DNA from: Candidatus Melainabacteria bacterium
GTDB taxonomy: Bacteria > Cyanobacteriota > Vampirovibrionia > 2-02-FULL-35-15
Assembly: GCA_023250205.1 (NCBI GenBank)
Contig: JAHFBE010000002.1
Coordinates: 4,084 to 68,083, forward strand
DNA length: 64,000 bases
Direction of reading: 5' to 3'
Below, one piece after another: positions 44,177-53,793 of the stretch. Under the pieces are notes generated by a model. It searched no databases. It saw nothing but the letters and a program-made list of their open reading frames with translations, and had not been told where the DNA came from. Position 1 is the first letter of the stretch. Each line of letters begins with the position of its first letter. Position numbers and translations under genes: made by a program.

Positions 44177-44710
44177 ATGGGTAACTTTAATAATTTTGGT
44201 GCTACAGGAATGAATTCTGCATTGGAGAGAGTTGCAGAAATTTCAAAGCGTGTTCATGAGCTTGAAGTTACAACTAAGCAGAATGTAAAAACCTCATTTT
44301 CAAATGTAATGCATAACCTTTCGACTGGTTTATTTAAACAAAAACTAGAACCTCATATACAACAAATTGCAAAAGAAAATAACATCGATCCGAAACTTAT
44401 AAAAGCAGTCATTGAACAAGAGTCAGGGTTTAACCCCAATGCAGTTTCCAAAGCAGGTGCGTTAGGGCTAATGCAACTAATGCCAGGGACAGCTCAGGGA
44501 CTAGGAGTTAAGGACCCATTAAATCCTATAGAAAACATAAGGGCAGGTACTAAATATTTATCTTCTTTACTAAACCGTTACCAAGGTAATGTAACTTTGG
44601 CTCTGTCAGCGTACAACGCAGGACCAGGGAACGTAGAAAAATATAAAGGTGTCCCACCATTTGCAGAAACAAAAAAATATGTAGATGGAGTAATGAGTAA
44701 ATTAACATAG
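44177..44710 (+). CDS. soluble lytic transglycosylase (SLT domain), flagellum-associated by context
   Basis: Motifs [28 protein letters not shown] and AYNAGPGNV. Confidence 0.8.
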   Translation: MGNFNNFGATGMNSALERVAEISKRVHELEVTTKQNVKTSFSNVMHNLSTGLFKQKLEPHIQQIAKENNIDPKLIKAVIEQESGFNPNAVSKAGALGLMQLMPGTAQGLGVKDPLNPIENIRAGTKYLSSLLNRYQGNVTLALSAYNAGPGNVEKYKGVPPFAETKKYVDGVMSKLT

Positions 44711-44730
44711 GCCCAAACAAGGAGAAAGAA

Positions 44731-45051
44731 ATGAACAACTTCGCACCACAAAATTTTAAAGGCATGCTTCCAGGAATTCCCGGGATTCCTCAAATTCCTA
44801 CATTGCAAGGTGGAGTTAGTCTTGGTGGTGGAGGTCAGTTTAAAGATATTTTAGGTGGAATGCTTGGTAAAGTAAATAATATGATGAATAGATCAGAACA
44901 ATTAACTGAAGCTGCTGTAACTACAGGTAAAGTTAATCTTCATGAGGTTATGATTGCAATGGCTGAAGAAGAAGTTGCTCTTGGTTTAACTACTCAAGTA
45001 GCAGGTAAGTTCATCAGTACAGTAGAAAAATTAACACAAATGCAAGTATAA
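44731..45051 (+). CDS. fliE: flagellar hook-basal body protein FliE
   Basis: 106 aa, with the C-terminal sequence LHEVMIAMAEEEVALGLTTQVAGKFISTVEKLTQMQV. Confidence 0.75.
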   Translation: MNNFAPQNFKGMLPGIPGIPQIPTLQGGVSLGGGGQFKDILGGMLGKVNNMMNRSEQLTEAAVTTGKVNLHEVMIAMAEEEVALGLTTQVAGKFISTVEKLTQMQV

Positions 45052-45103
45052 AGATAAGAAGCTTTAGGTTCGAAGTTCATGGTTTGAGGTAAATAAGGAA
45101 TAT

Positions 45104-46726
45104 ATGGCAACAGAGCAAACACAATTAAATCCTCAAAATGTCCAGAATGCAATGGCAAATCTTGGACAAAACAGAAGAATGGTTTTAATTGGTGCTGGTG
45201 TTATAACCGTTATTCTTACAATAGTTATTATAGTCTTTGCTTGGTCACACAGTCAGGATAAAGGGGCTCAAATTGAATTAGTTAAAAGAATTGATCAAGG
45301 CAGAGCATTTGAAGTTGTTTCAAAATTAAGATTAAGCAATATTGAAGCAAAAATAACTGATAGTGATTTACCAGGAAAGGTACATGTTCAAGTTTATCAA
45401 AAGGATTTTGATGGAGCTGCTCTTACATTAGCAAGAAGTGATTTACTGCAAGAAGATGGTTTTAATTTGTTTGATAAAAGCGATTGGGCTGCATCAGATT
45501 ATGATAAAAGAATAAAAATGATGAGAGCTGTCAATGGTGATCTTTCAAGAATTATTAGTAGAATGACAGGAATTAAATGGGCTACAGTCCGTGTAAATAT
45601 TCCTGAACCACAATTATTTAGTCAATATCAAGCTCCAACTACTGCAACTGTACAAATTGAGTTGCCAGATTCAGATTTAAAGTTAACAAGGACACAGGTA
45701 AGAAGTGTTTTAAATCTACTTGTTGGATATGTTCCTAACCTTCAAAAAAATAATATTTCAGTTATTGATACAAACGGGGAAACATACTCATCAGTTGAAA
45801 CAGAAGAAGTTGCAGCTAGTGAAATTATGGAAGAACAAGAAAGAGTAAATAAAGCAGTTCAAAAGAGAATTGAAGAGTATCTCCAACCATTGCTCGGTTC
45901 AAATGGATACATTGTAAGAGTAAGTTCAGAAATCAGCAGAAAGAAAATTGAAGAATCAGCTACTACCTTTGCTAATGGAGTAGTAGGTCAAGAACAAGTT
46001 GGTGATGAAAGATTAGGTGCAGGATCTTCAGAAGGTCAAACAGTTGGCCCTGCTGTTCCTGGCGCAGATGGCAGCAAGAGTTATGAAAGAACCAATAGAG
46101 TTACCCAAAGATATCCAAGCTTTAAACAAAAAACTGTTAGCACCCCACCAGGATCAATTTCAAAGATTTCAGTTGCAGTTGCTTTAAACAGTGATTTACT
46201 TCCTAAAATTTCAGTTAAACAGTTACGTGAAGGTATTGCAGCAATTACAAGTCCTAACACAACTGTTAGCGATATAAAAATTACTGTAGCAGAGTTTGCA
46301 ACACCAGGCGGAAAAATTTCTTCAATAAAGAAACCTTCTCAATCTTTTAGTATGCCAAGTATAGCTTCAGTTACTGACTTGTTTAAAGGTATGCCAAAAT
46401 GGGCTGGAATAGCAATAGCAGTATTTGGTTTCTTAATTGTAATTAATTCATTTAGAGGCCCAGCAAGACAGCCACAACAAGTACAAAGCACAGTATCTCA
46501 AATTAACCAATCAATGCAAAAGCAACTTCAGAGACCTGAAACACAAATGTTGAAAGCACAAACACAAACACAGGCTCAAGCACCAATTGCAGAACTTACT
46601 GCTCAGCAGCCAGACTTAACAGGGATTTTAACAGGGCTGAAAGAAGCTGCTGTTGAAAAACCCGAGTTTTTAGCAAGTAAGCTTCAAATCTGGTTAGAAG
46701 AAGGTTCACAAGCAAGCAGAGTTTAA
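45104..46726 (+). CDS. fliF: flagellar MS-ring protein FliF
   Basis: 540 aa. N-terminal TM segment, a YscJ/FliF-type ring-building region (WATVRVNIPEPQLF...ATVQIEL) and a second TM segment near the C-terminus. Confidence 0.85.
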   Translation: MATEQTQLNPQNVQNAMANLGQNRRMVLIGAGVITVILTIVIIVFAWSHSQDKGAQIELVKRIDQGRAFEVVSKLRLSNIEAKITDSDLPGKVHVQVYQKDFDGAALTLARSDLLQEDGFNLFDKSDWAASDYDKRIKMMRAVNGDLSRIISRMTGIKWATVRVNIPEPQLFSQYQAPTTATVQIELPDSDLKLTRTQVRSVLNLLVGYVPNLQKNNISVIDTNGETYSSVETEEVAASEIMEEQERVNKAVQKRIEEYLQPLLGSNGYIVRVSSEISRKKIEESATTFANGVVGQEQVGDERLGAGSSEGQTVGPAVPGADGSKSYERTNRVTQRYPSFKQKTVSTPPGSISKISVAVALNSDLLPKISVKQLREGIAAITSPNTTVSDIKITVAEFATPGGKISSIKKPSQSFSMPSIASVTDLFKGMPKWAGIAIAVFGFLIVINSFRGPARQPQQVQSTVSQINQSMQKQLQRPETQMLKAQTQTQAQAPIAELTAQQPDLTGILTGLKEAAVEKPEFLASKLQIWLEEGSQASRV

Positions 46727-46904
46727 TTTATAGTATCTAAAGTAACTAAGCTTATATTACTAAGTCATATGAATTAAAAGATAATAAGCACTATAATTTT
46801 TACTATAGGGATAACCACAAAACCCTTTATTTATAGCCTTTTCCGATGACCCTGAATTATAGTAAATGGGAATATGAATTATATGAGACTGTAATAAAAA
46901 GTCT

Positions 46905-47321
46905 TTGTTTTCTATTAGGATAAATATAATGGTAGTTTTATCAAAAGACATCAAACTGTTAACTCTTTCGCTTATACTGCGTACAATGCCAAAGGAGCAA
47001 CAATCATTGCTTTTGGCTCATTTTTCCCCTGATGTTGTTAAAGCGTTGTCAATGATTGAGCAGACAACAGGATCGGATGTTGAAAAATTGGATTGGACTC
47101 CTTTATATCAAACATGGCCGGAACTTACAAAGATATTGAGAGATTGTAAGGAAGAAATTAAGATGCAAAAATTCCATTCAGTTTCAAATGAACAAAGACC
47201 TAAGATTAGAGAATATATGCAACTGAAACTTGGTAAACAAAGAAAAGGAGCACCGGTATTTTTGACCCAGAGTATTATGAAAGTTGTTGACCAGTATTTA
47301 ACCGAATTAAAGCATAATTAA
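46905..47321 (+). CDS. hypothetical 138-aa protein occupying the position normally held by fliG
   Basis: ORF only, too short for a FliG of ~330 aa. There is a 178-bp non-coding gap after fliF. Confidence 0.4.
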   Translation: MFSIRINIMVVLSKDIKLLTLSLILRTMPKEQQSLLLAHFSPDVVKALSMIEQTTGSDVEKLDWTPLYQTWPELTKILRDCKEEIKMQKFHSVSNEQRPKIREYMQLKLGKQRKGAPVFLTQSIMKVVDQYLTELKHN

Positions 47322-47441
47322 GAATGAAATAAAAATCTAACATTAATAAAAAGGAGATACAGCAGAGAATATGGCAAATGCGATCCAATAAAGGGGATTG
47401 ATAGACTGAAGCTTCAGCTTGTCTGAAGCATTATAAAAAGA

Positions 47442-48884
47442 ATGCTTATAAAAAAGAGAAAACTTGCAAGCATAAATGGTAACAAGGGTACTGCTAAGAT
47501 TTTGCAGCCAGAGCATGGTGAAGCTGCAAGGGCAATGCAAATTGAGATTCAAAAAGCAAAGGAAGAAGCAAGGCAAATTAAACATGAAGCTCAGCTTGTT
47601 TTAGCTGAATCAGAGAAAAAACTAAAAGAAGCAGAAACAAGAATAAGAGAAATAATTGTAGCTGCAAATCTTGAAGCTAAAAACATTAAAGAAAAGGTTT
47701 ATCAAGATACTTTAGCATCAGCAAATCAAGAAGCTGAATTAATTCGTGAACATGCAAAAATTCTCTTAAAACAACTTTTTAATGTGAAAAAAGAAGCACT
47801 AACACAGGCACATAATGAGATTATAAAAATAGCTTTGGATTTGGCTGAAAAAATCATTAGATATAAAGTATCAGTTGATCCAAATGTTCTACAAATACAG
47901 GTTGTTGAAGCGATTAAAAAAGCTACTGCTGATGCAGATAGAGTTCAGGTGTTTGTACATCCAAATGATTTAAAGGTTCTTGAGGAGAGTATTCCTGGTA
48001 TGGAAAAACTCTTTCCTTCAGGAGTGGATATAGTTGCTCTTGCAAATGACTCAGTTGATCCAGGGAGTTGCATGATTGAGACTAAATCTGGTCAACTGGA
48101 TGCGAGATTTTCCACACAGTTGCAGTCACTTACTGGTTTAACTGAACATCTGGAAGTTATTGAACCGCAGATTGAAATAAATGAAGAAATCCCTGTTGTT
48201 GAAGCAGCTGCAGAAAAATATGTCCCTATTCAGGAAGCTTCATTTGCAGAAGTTGAAGAAAACTTGCCACAATATATTATTCAAGATGAACAAAGGCAAG
48301 AACAAGAAGAGTTAACGGTTACTGAGAAAGAAGTATTAGAGAAAGAGCTTTTAAGTGATGAAGAACCTTTAATTCTTAATGAAGAGGATAATACTTTTCC
48401 ATTTATTTCAAATGAACAATTAATATCACCGACTACACCTCTTGAACTGGAAGATGAAGAATCGATTATCAAAGAAAATATAAATGAACCAGAGTTGATA
48501 GAAGAAACAAATATTCCTGAGGCAGTAATTAATAATATTGAACAAGAAATAACAGTTTCAGAAGAAGTTGTTCAAAGTGTTGAACCAGAGCAAGTTGAAC
48601 AGATTGAACAGAATAGTATTCAAATAGAAAATCAAGAACCAGTTCAGCAAAGAAAAAAGCTAAATGTTGGTCCTGTTCCAGAAAGAACAAGAGAAGAGGC
48701 TGAAGAACTGGATGAAGGTTTAGTCCTTGAATATGAAGAGGATTCTGAGGAAGAAAAGAAAGAAATTAAACCGACAAACATATTAAAACCAAAAAAAACT
48801 CAATCATCTGGAATTTCAGAGATTGCTTCAGAATTGGAAGAAAACCCTGAATGGAAAGATATTGTGGAAGAAGATGAGGAGTAA
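47442..48884 (+). CDS. fliH: flagellar assembly protein FliH with a long acidic C-terminal extension
   Basis: FliH/subunit-E-like coiled coil, then ALANDSVDPGSCMIETKSGQLDARFSTQLQSL. About 250 aa of Glu-rich sequence follow. Confidence 0.7.
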   Translation: MLIKKRKLASINGNKGTAKILQPEHGEAARAMQIEIQKAKEEARQIKHEAQLVLAESEKKLKEAETRIREIIVAANLEAKNIKEKVYQDTLASANQEAELIREHAKILLKQLFNVKKEALTQAHNEIIKIALDLAEKIIRYKVSVDPNVLQIQVVEAIKKATADADRVQVFVHPNDLKVLEESIPGMEKLFPSGVDIVALANDSVDPGSCMIETKSGQLDARFSTQLQSLTGLTEHLEVIEPQIEINEEIPVVEAAAEKYVPIQEASFAEVEENLPQYIIQDEQRQEQEELTVTEKEVLEKELLSDEEPLILNEEDNTFPFISNEQLISPTTPLELEDEESIIKENINEPELIEETNIPEAVINNIEQEITVSEEVVQSVEPEQVEQIEQNSIQIENQEPVQQRKKLNVGPVPERTREEAEELDEGLVLEYEEDSEEEKKEIKPTNILKPKKTQSSGISEIASELEENPEWKDIVEEDEE

Positions 48885-48981
48885 CTTTGTATAGATTTAA
48901 TTAGTATCTTGATATTGAAATCTCTCTATATTCTTTAGTAGAATCAATCCCTATCTTAGTAAAAAATTATAGGAGATAATT

Positions 48982-49323
48982 ATGATTTTTATGATAATGC
49001 CAATTAGTGAGATGGTAAGAGTTGTACGCCCAGGTTCTTTTTCTAATAGTATGTTAAGAAAAGGAGCAGAGATAGCAGGTGGGACTAAGGAAGTAATTGA
49101 AAGAAGTCTTTTACCAAACAATGATAGAGCTAGGCTTGAAATTCTTGAAGCTACTCAAGGCATAGAAATTATAAATATTATAGTAAATGAAAAGAATGAG
49201 CTTAAAACTATTGATGTTTCGCTTACTTCAGCTATTACAAGAGCTTTAGTCTCTATGGATCATAAAGGTTTACAAAGACCTTTTGTATATAATGACGGAT
49301 ATGTTATTCAGCTTAACTTTTAA
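48982..49323 (+). CDS. hypothetical protein
   Basis: 113-aa ORF with AGGAG upstream. Confidence 0.4.
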   Translation: MIFMIMPISEMVRVVRPGSFSNSMLRKGAEIAGGTKEVIERSLLPNNDRARLEILEATQGIEIINIIVNEKNELKTIDVSLTSAITRALVSMDHKGLQRPFVYNDGYVIQLNF

Positions 49324-49326
49324 AAA

Positions 49327-50259
49327 GTGATAAAAAAAATAAAAGTTCTAAATATTACTGGTTGGGGAAGAAGTGGAAGTACAATCCTTGGCAATGTTTT
49401 AGGAAGTTGTGAAGGGTTTTTCTTTGGTGGAGAAATTAGAAATATATGGAAACAGTCATTATTAAACAATAGATTGTGTGGATGTGGGGTTCCATTAAAA
49501 GAATGTTCTTTCTGGCAACAAGTTTTTGATAAAGCCTTTGGCGGGATTGATAAAGTTAATGCTGATGAAATTATTAAAAAACTAGAGCTTTCTTATTATT
49601 CAAGATTTGCTCCTGTGAAATTGTTACCTTGTGGAGAGAGATATTTTAAATCTAAAGCACTTTCTGTTCCTGAAATGGAGAAATTATTTATTGAAATTCA
49701 TGAAGCCTCAAACTCTAGGGTAATTGTGGATACTACTAAATCTCCAATATATGGTTATTTACTTTCTCTTATGGGTAATCTGGATGTCTATGTTATTCAT
49801 TTAATACGAGATCCACGAGGAATAGCTTATTCCAGGAAAAAGAAAATGCTTCAGCCAGATAAAGACCAGAAGGTTTACATTGAAAGATTTAGCTCTTTTG
49901 ATAGTTCTTTAAAATGGGATGTTAGAAATATATTTTCTGAACTTTTATGGAAAAAAAATAGAAATAAATATTTAATGATTAGATATGAAGATTTTATTGC
50001 AAAGCCAAAGGAAACTATAAGCAGTATTTTAAACTTTATCTCAGAGTCTGATGCCTCTATGCCATTTGCCTCTGATAATGAAGTGGAGCTTTCTATAAAC
50101 CACTCTGTATGGGGGAATCCTAGCAGATTTAATATGGGGAAGATAGAGCTTAAACTAGACAATGAGTGGAAAACTAAACTAACCGGATTTGATCGATTTG
50201 TTTCAACAACATGTACTCTTCCATTACTTTCTCGGTATGGTTATAGGATAAAGAGTTAA
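49327..50259 (+). CDS. sulfotransferase-family protein (paralog 2)
   Basis: Motifs ITGWGRSGSTILG, CGCGVPLKECSFW and HLIRDPRGIAYSR. Collinear with 5434..6390. Confidence 0.7.
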   Translation: MIKKIKVLNITGWGRSGSTILGNVLGSCEGFFFGGEIRNIWKQSLLNNRLCGCGVPLKECSFWQQVFDKAFGGIDKVNADEIIKKLELSYYSRFAPVKLLPCGERYFKSKALSVPEMEKLFIEIHEASNSRVIVDTTKSPIYGYLLSLMGNLDVYVIHLIRDPRGIAYSRKKKMLQPDKDQKVYIERFSSFDSSLKWDVRNIFSELLWKKNRNKYLMIRYEDFIAKPKETISSILNFISESDASMPFASDNEVELSINHSVWGNPSRFNMGKIELKLDNEWKTKLTGFDRFVSTTCTLPLLSRYGYRIKS

Positions 50260-50272
50260 TATAATTTTTCCT

Positions 50273-50373
50273 GTCATTGCGAGGAGGGGCAAAGCTCCGA
50301 CGAAGCAATCCCGATCTAACTTGCGCAAATTGTTTGGGATTGCCACGCCTCACTTTGTTCGGTTCGCAATGAC
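50273..50373. repeat. full palindromic element (101 bp), intergenic between the sulfotransferase and purL 3' ends
   Basis: GTCATTGCGAGGAGGGGCAAAGCTCCGACGAAGCAATCCCGATC...GGGATTGCCACGCCTCACTTTGTTCGGTTCGCAATGAC. Confidence 0.85.
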
Positions 50374-50386
50374 GCGGTACAAAACA

Positions 50387-52726
50387 TTATTGACTTATTA
50401 TATTACTTAGAGAATTTGCCCAGATTTGCTTTAACTCAAGAGCTTTAGTTTTAAGATTTAGTGATTTAATCTCTATGTTTTCTTTAACAACCTCACCAAT
50501 TATTTCGTATGGGCAATTGTTTTCCTTTAAGTATTTTTCTGTTTCTGTAAGATTATTTTTATCAAGACTAATAACTATCCTACTTTGAGTTTCACCGAAT
50601 AATAGGGAGTCTAGTCGTACTAAATTAACATTATCTGCCATGTGAGATTGCTTCGTCGCTGCTTTGCAGCTCCTCGCAATGACAGAAGCATCTAAAATAA
50701 ATCCTACGTTATTAGCAAATGCACTTTCACAAAGGGTTATAAGTAATCCTCCTACAGAGCAATCATTTGCGGATTTAATCAGTTTATTTTTGATAAGCTT
50801 TCTGACTGAAGACTGAACTCTCTTTTCCAGATCAAAATCAAGCTCAGGTACTTTACCTTTTATACTTTTTGTGCGTAAGTAAAGATATTCTGAAGCACCA
50901 ATTTCATCTTTTTGTTTTCCAAGCATGATGAGGATGTCCCCAGAAGTTTTAAATGAATGATCAATTGTAAGTTCGATATCATCAATATAGCCAACCATGC
51001 CAATTACAGGGGTAGGCCATATATCTGTTCCATTTGATTCGTTGTATAAGCTTACATTTCCACCAGTAACAGGAGTATCAAATTCAAGACATGCTTCTTT
51101 TATTCCTTTTATGGATTCGGATAGTTGCCAGTATATTTCTGGCTTTTCAGGGTTTCCGAAGTTTAAATTATCAGTAAGAGCAATAGGAAGTGCTCCTGTA
51201 CAGGAAATGTTCCTTGCTGCTTCAGCCACTGCTATCTTTGAACCCAGATAGGGATCAAGATAAACATAAGCTGAATTGCCATCACATGTTGCAGCTAGAC
51301 CTTTTGTTAAAGAAGCATGAGACATGAGACATGAAGCATGATTGTCTTTTCCTGTTTCCTGCTTCGTGCTTCGTGCTTCTGCCTTTATCCTTATCAAGCC
51401 TGCGCTGCCACCAGGTTTGATGACAGTGCTTGTTTGTACCTGGTGATCATACTTTGAATAAATCCATTTCTTAGAGCATATGTTTGGCGAAGCAAGCAAC
51501 TCCTTTAAGGTAGGTAAAACTTCTTCTTTTTTTATGTCTGGAATTGAGTTGGGATTAAATTTTTGATTTTCTTTAAAGTAAAGAGGTTCTTTCTTTTCTC
51601 TTTTATAAACAGGGGTATCATTTACAAGAGCGCTTGCATCCATATCGACAACAATTTTATTTTTGTGTTTGACGACTATTTTTTTTGTATTAGTTATTTC
51701 GCCTATTTGAATGCAGTCAAGCCCCCACTTTGTAAAAACAGCATTGATATTTTGTTCAAACCCCTTTTTTACAACAAACAACATTCTTTCCTGAGATTCA
51801 GAAAGCATGTATTCAATTGGTGTAAGCTCGGTTCTTACAGGGACTTTATCAAGATCAACTTCAATCCCTACATTTCCTTTTGCTGCCATTTCTGATGTAG
51901 AACAGGTTAATCCAGCAGCACCCATATCCTGAGCAGCTACTATGTAGCCTGTTTTAAAAGCCTCAAGACAGGCTTCTATTAAAATCTTTTCAGTAAAAGG
52001 ATCTCCAACCTGAACAGCAGGTCTGTCTTTATGGCTATCTTCTGTTAGTCCACTACTAGCAAAACTAGCTCCACCAAGTCCGTCTCTTCCAGTCTTTGAA
52101 CCTACATAAAAAACAGGATTGCCTGATCCACTTGCATTTGATTTAACTATTTCATTAGTTTCAATTAATCCAATAGCCATAGCATTTACAAGAGGATTTT
52201 CATTATAAGTGGGGTAAAAATAGGCTTCACCACCAATATTTGGAATTCCAGTGCAGTTTCCATAATGTCCTATTCCGCTTACTGCACCAGGAAACAAAAA
52301 TCTGGAACGAGGTAGATTTAAATCTCCGAATCTTAAACTATCAAGAACTGCTATTGGTCTTGCGCCCATAGTGAAAATATCACGTAAGATTCCACCAACT
52401 CCAGTTGTTGCTCCTTGGAAAGGCTCTATTGCTGTAGGTCGATTATGAGATTCAATTTTAAAGGCAATTCTTATCCCATCCCCAAGGTCAACTACGCCAG
52501 CATTTTCTCCAGGCCCCACTAAAACATATTTGTTTTTTGTAGGAAGTTCTTTTAACAGTGCTTTTGAATCTTTATAACAACAGTGCTCTGACCACATTAC
52601 GGAAAACATATGAAGCTCAACTTCATTAGGTTCTTTTCCGATAAGCTCTACTATTTTTGAATACTCATCAGAAGTAAGTTTGAGTTTGGCTAAAAGCTCT
52701 TTGTTTATACTTACACAAGTAGTCAT
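50387..52726 (-). CDS. purL: phosphoribosylformylglycinamidine synthase subunit PurL; carries in-frame repeat insertions
   Basis: Motifs FSVMWSEHCCYK, ESHNRPTAIEPFQGATTGVGGILRDI and DMGAAGL. Confidence 0.9.
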   Translation of the reverse strand: MTTCVSINKELLAKLKLTSDEYSKIVELIGKEPNEVELHMFSVMWSEHCCYKDSKALLKELPTKNKYVLVGPGENAGVVDLGDGIRIAFKIESHNRPTAIEPFQGATTGVGGILRDIFTMGARPIAVLDSLRFGDLNLPRSRFLFPGAVSGIGHYGNCTGIPNIGGEAYFYPTYNENPLVNAMAIGLIETNEIVKSNASGSGNPVFYVGSKTGRDGLGGASFASSGLTEDSHKDRPAVQVGDPFTEKILIEACLEAFKTGYIVAAQDMGAAGLTCSTSEMAAKGNVGIEVDLDKVPVRTELTPIEYMLSESQERMLFVVKKGFEQNINAVFTKWGLDCIQIGEITNTKKIVVKHKNKIVVDMDASALVNDTPVYKREKKEPLYFKENQKFNPNSIPDIKKEEVLPTLKELLASPNICSKKWIYSKYDHQVQTSTVIKPGGSAGLIRIKAEARSTKQETGKDNHASCLMSHASLTKGLAATCDGNSAYVYLDPYLGSKIAVAEAARNISCTGALPIALTDNLNFGNPEKPEIYWQLSESIKGIKEACLEFDTPVTGGNVSLYNESNGTDIWPTPVIGMVGYIDDIELTIDHSFKTSGDILIMLGKQKDEIGASEYLYLRTKSIKGKVPELDFDLEKRVQSSVRKLIKNKLIKSANDCSVGGLLITLCESAFANNVGFILDASVIARSCKAATKQSHMADNVNLVRLDSLLFGETQSRIVISLDKNNLTETEKYLKENNCPYEIIGEVVKENIEIKSLNLKTKALELKQIWANSLSNIISQ
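50644..50683 (-). repeat. palindromic-element half copy in-frame in the purL 3' region
   Basis: GAGATTGCTTCGTCGCTGCTTTGCAGCTCCTCGCAATGAC. The coding strand gives VIARSCKAATKQSH. Confidence 0.7.
51309..51385 (-). repeat. second type of in-frame insertion in purL: an imperfect palindrome with heptamer periodicity
   Basis: GAAGCATGAGACATGAGACATGAAGCATG...CCTGTTTCCTGCTTCGTGCTTCGTGCTTCTGCC. It encodes KAEARSTKQETGKDNHASCLMSHAS. Confidence 0.55.
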
Positions 52727-52770
52727 AGGAAAATTATAACTTAGTATGTCATTAAAAACTTTTCACACCT

Positions 52771-52784
52771 GTCATTGCAATGAC
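52771..52784. repeat. minimal 14-bp perfect palindrome made of the two element termini
   Basis: GTCATTGCAATGAC, lying between the purL start and the SirB1-like gene stop. Confidence 0.5.
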
Positions 52785-52791
52785 ATTTAAT

Positions 52792-53646
52792 TTATAGGCT
52801 TTTCTTTATAAGATGTACATAGTTTTCAAGATACTCTTTTAACTCAAATTGCTCACTATTTTGATAAATATTAATTAGATTTTGTAACATGCGAATTATA
52901 ATTTGTCTGTTAGTTGGACATGATAAATACTCATCCTGCCAGATAAGTTTTAAAGCTTTTATTCTTTCTTGACAAATAGACTTTGTGATTATTTCCCCCT
53001 GATTAAAAGGATCAATAATAATTGGCTCAAGAACGTCCTTGTATTGAACTAGAAAGTGAGCAGGCATATTCATTCCGGTAAAAGGCAAATCAATTCTTTT
53101 TGTGACCAGGAGATAAATCATTGAAAGTAAAATCGGATTTCCTGTTTTATTATCAATTACTTTATTAATAAAACTATTTTCAGGAGTGTAATAGTTCTCT
53201 CTATTTCCTTTAAATCCAAGTTCCATAAATAAGAAATGATTTATTTCATTTATTATTGAAGTTGGATCGCTGTTAAGTTTGATTTTTTTTAGATTGGTTG
53301 TAATAGAATTAGCCCAGGTGGTTATCTGTTTAGAGTAATGGCTAGTATCTAATAGGGGATCTTCAAACATTGCAATCATAAAGACACCTTCTTCAAGATC
53401 GTTTAAAGCGCTTTTGCTCCATTTGTCAAAATCTATTTTAAGTTGTTCTCTTTTTATCTTGTAGATGAGTTCAAGAAAGTTTTTTTGTAATTCAATGTCA
53501 TCTAAAGGTATTTCATTTCTTATGTCCTTGAGAACTTTTATATCAAATGTTTTAATTTGCTCTTCAAGAAGTTTAAGAGTTCCATCATCAGGCGACTTCA
53601 ATAATTTTGCTATTGCTTTAATTTCAGACTTTGGTAAGGTTTTCAT
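52792..53646 (-). CDS. SirB1/UPF0162-like transglutaminase-like plus TPR-like protein
   Basis: GNPILLSMIYLLVTKRIDLPFTGMNMPAHFLVQY is typical of this family. Confidence 0.55.
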   Translation of the reverse strand: MKTLPKSEIKAIAKLLKSPDDGTLKLLEEQIKTFDIKVLKDIRNEIPLDDIELQKNFLELIYKIKREQLKIDFDKWSKSALNDLEEGVFMIAMFEDPLLDTSHYSKQITTWANSITTNLKKIKLNSDPTSIINEINHFLFMELGFKGNRENYYTPENSFINKVIDNKTGNPILLSMIYLLVTKRIDLPFTGMNMPAHFLVQYKDVLEPIIIDPFNQGEIITKSICQERIKALKLIWQDEYLSCPTNRQIIIRMLQNLINIYQNSEQFELKEYLENYVHLIKKSL

Positions 53647-53793
53647 TTTTTGCTTATCTACCTTATAAATTGGTTACTCGGAAATATTATACTAGCCAGA
53701 TAGTAACAGTTTTTTATAGCTATTTAGTCTACTATAATTCTAAAAGCAAAAAAGGCGCAACCAATGCGCCCTTTTTGTTAAATGCTTTATACA

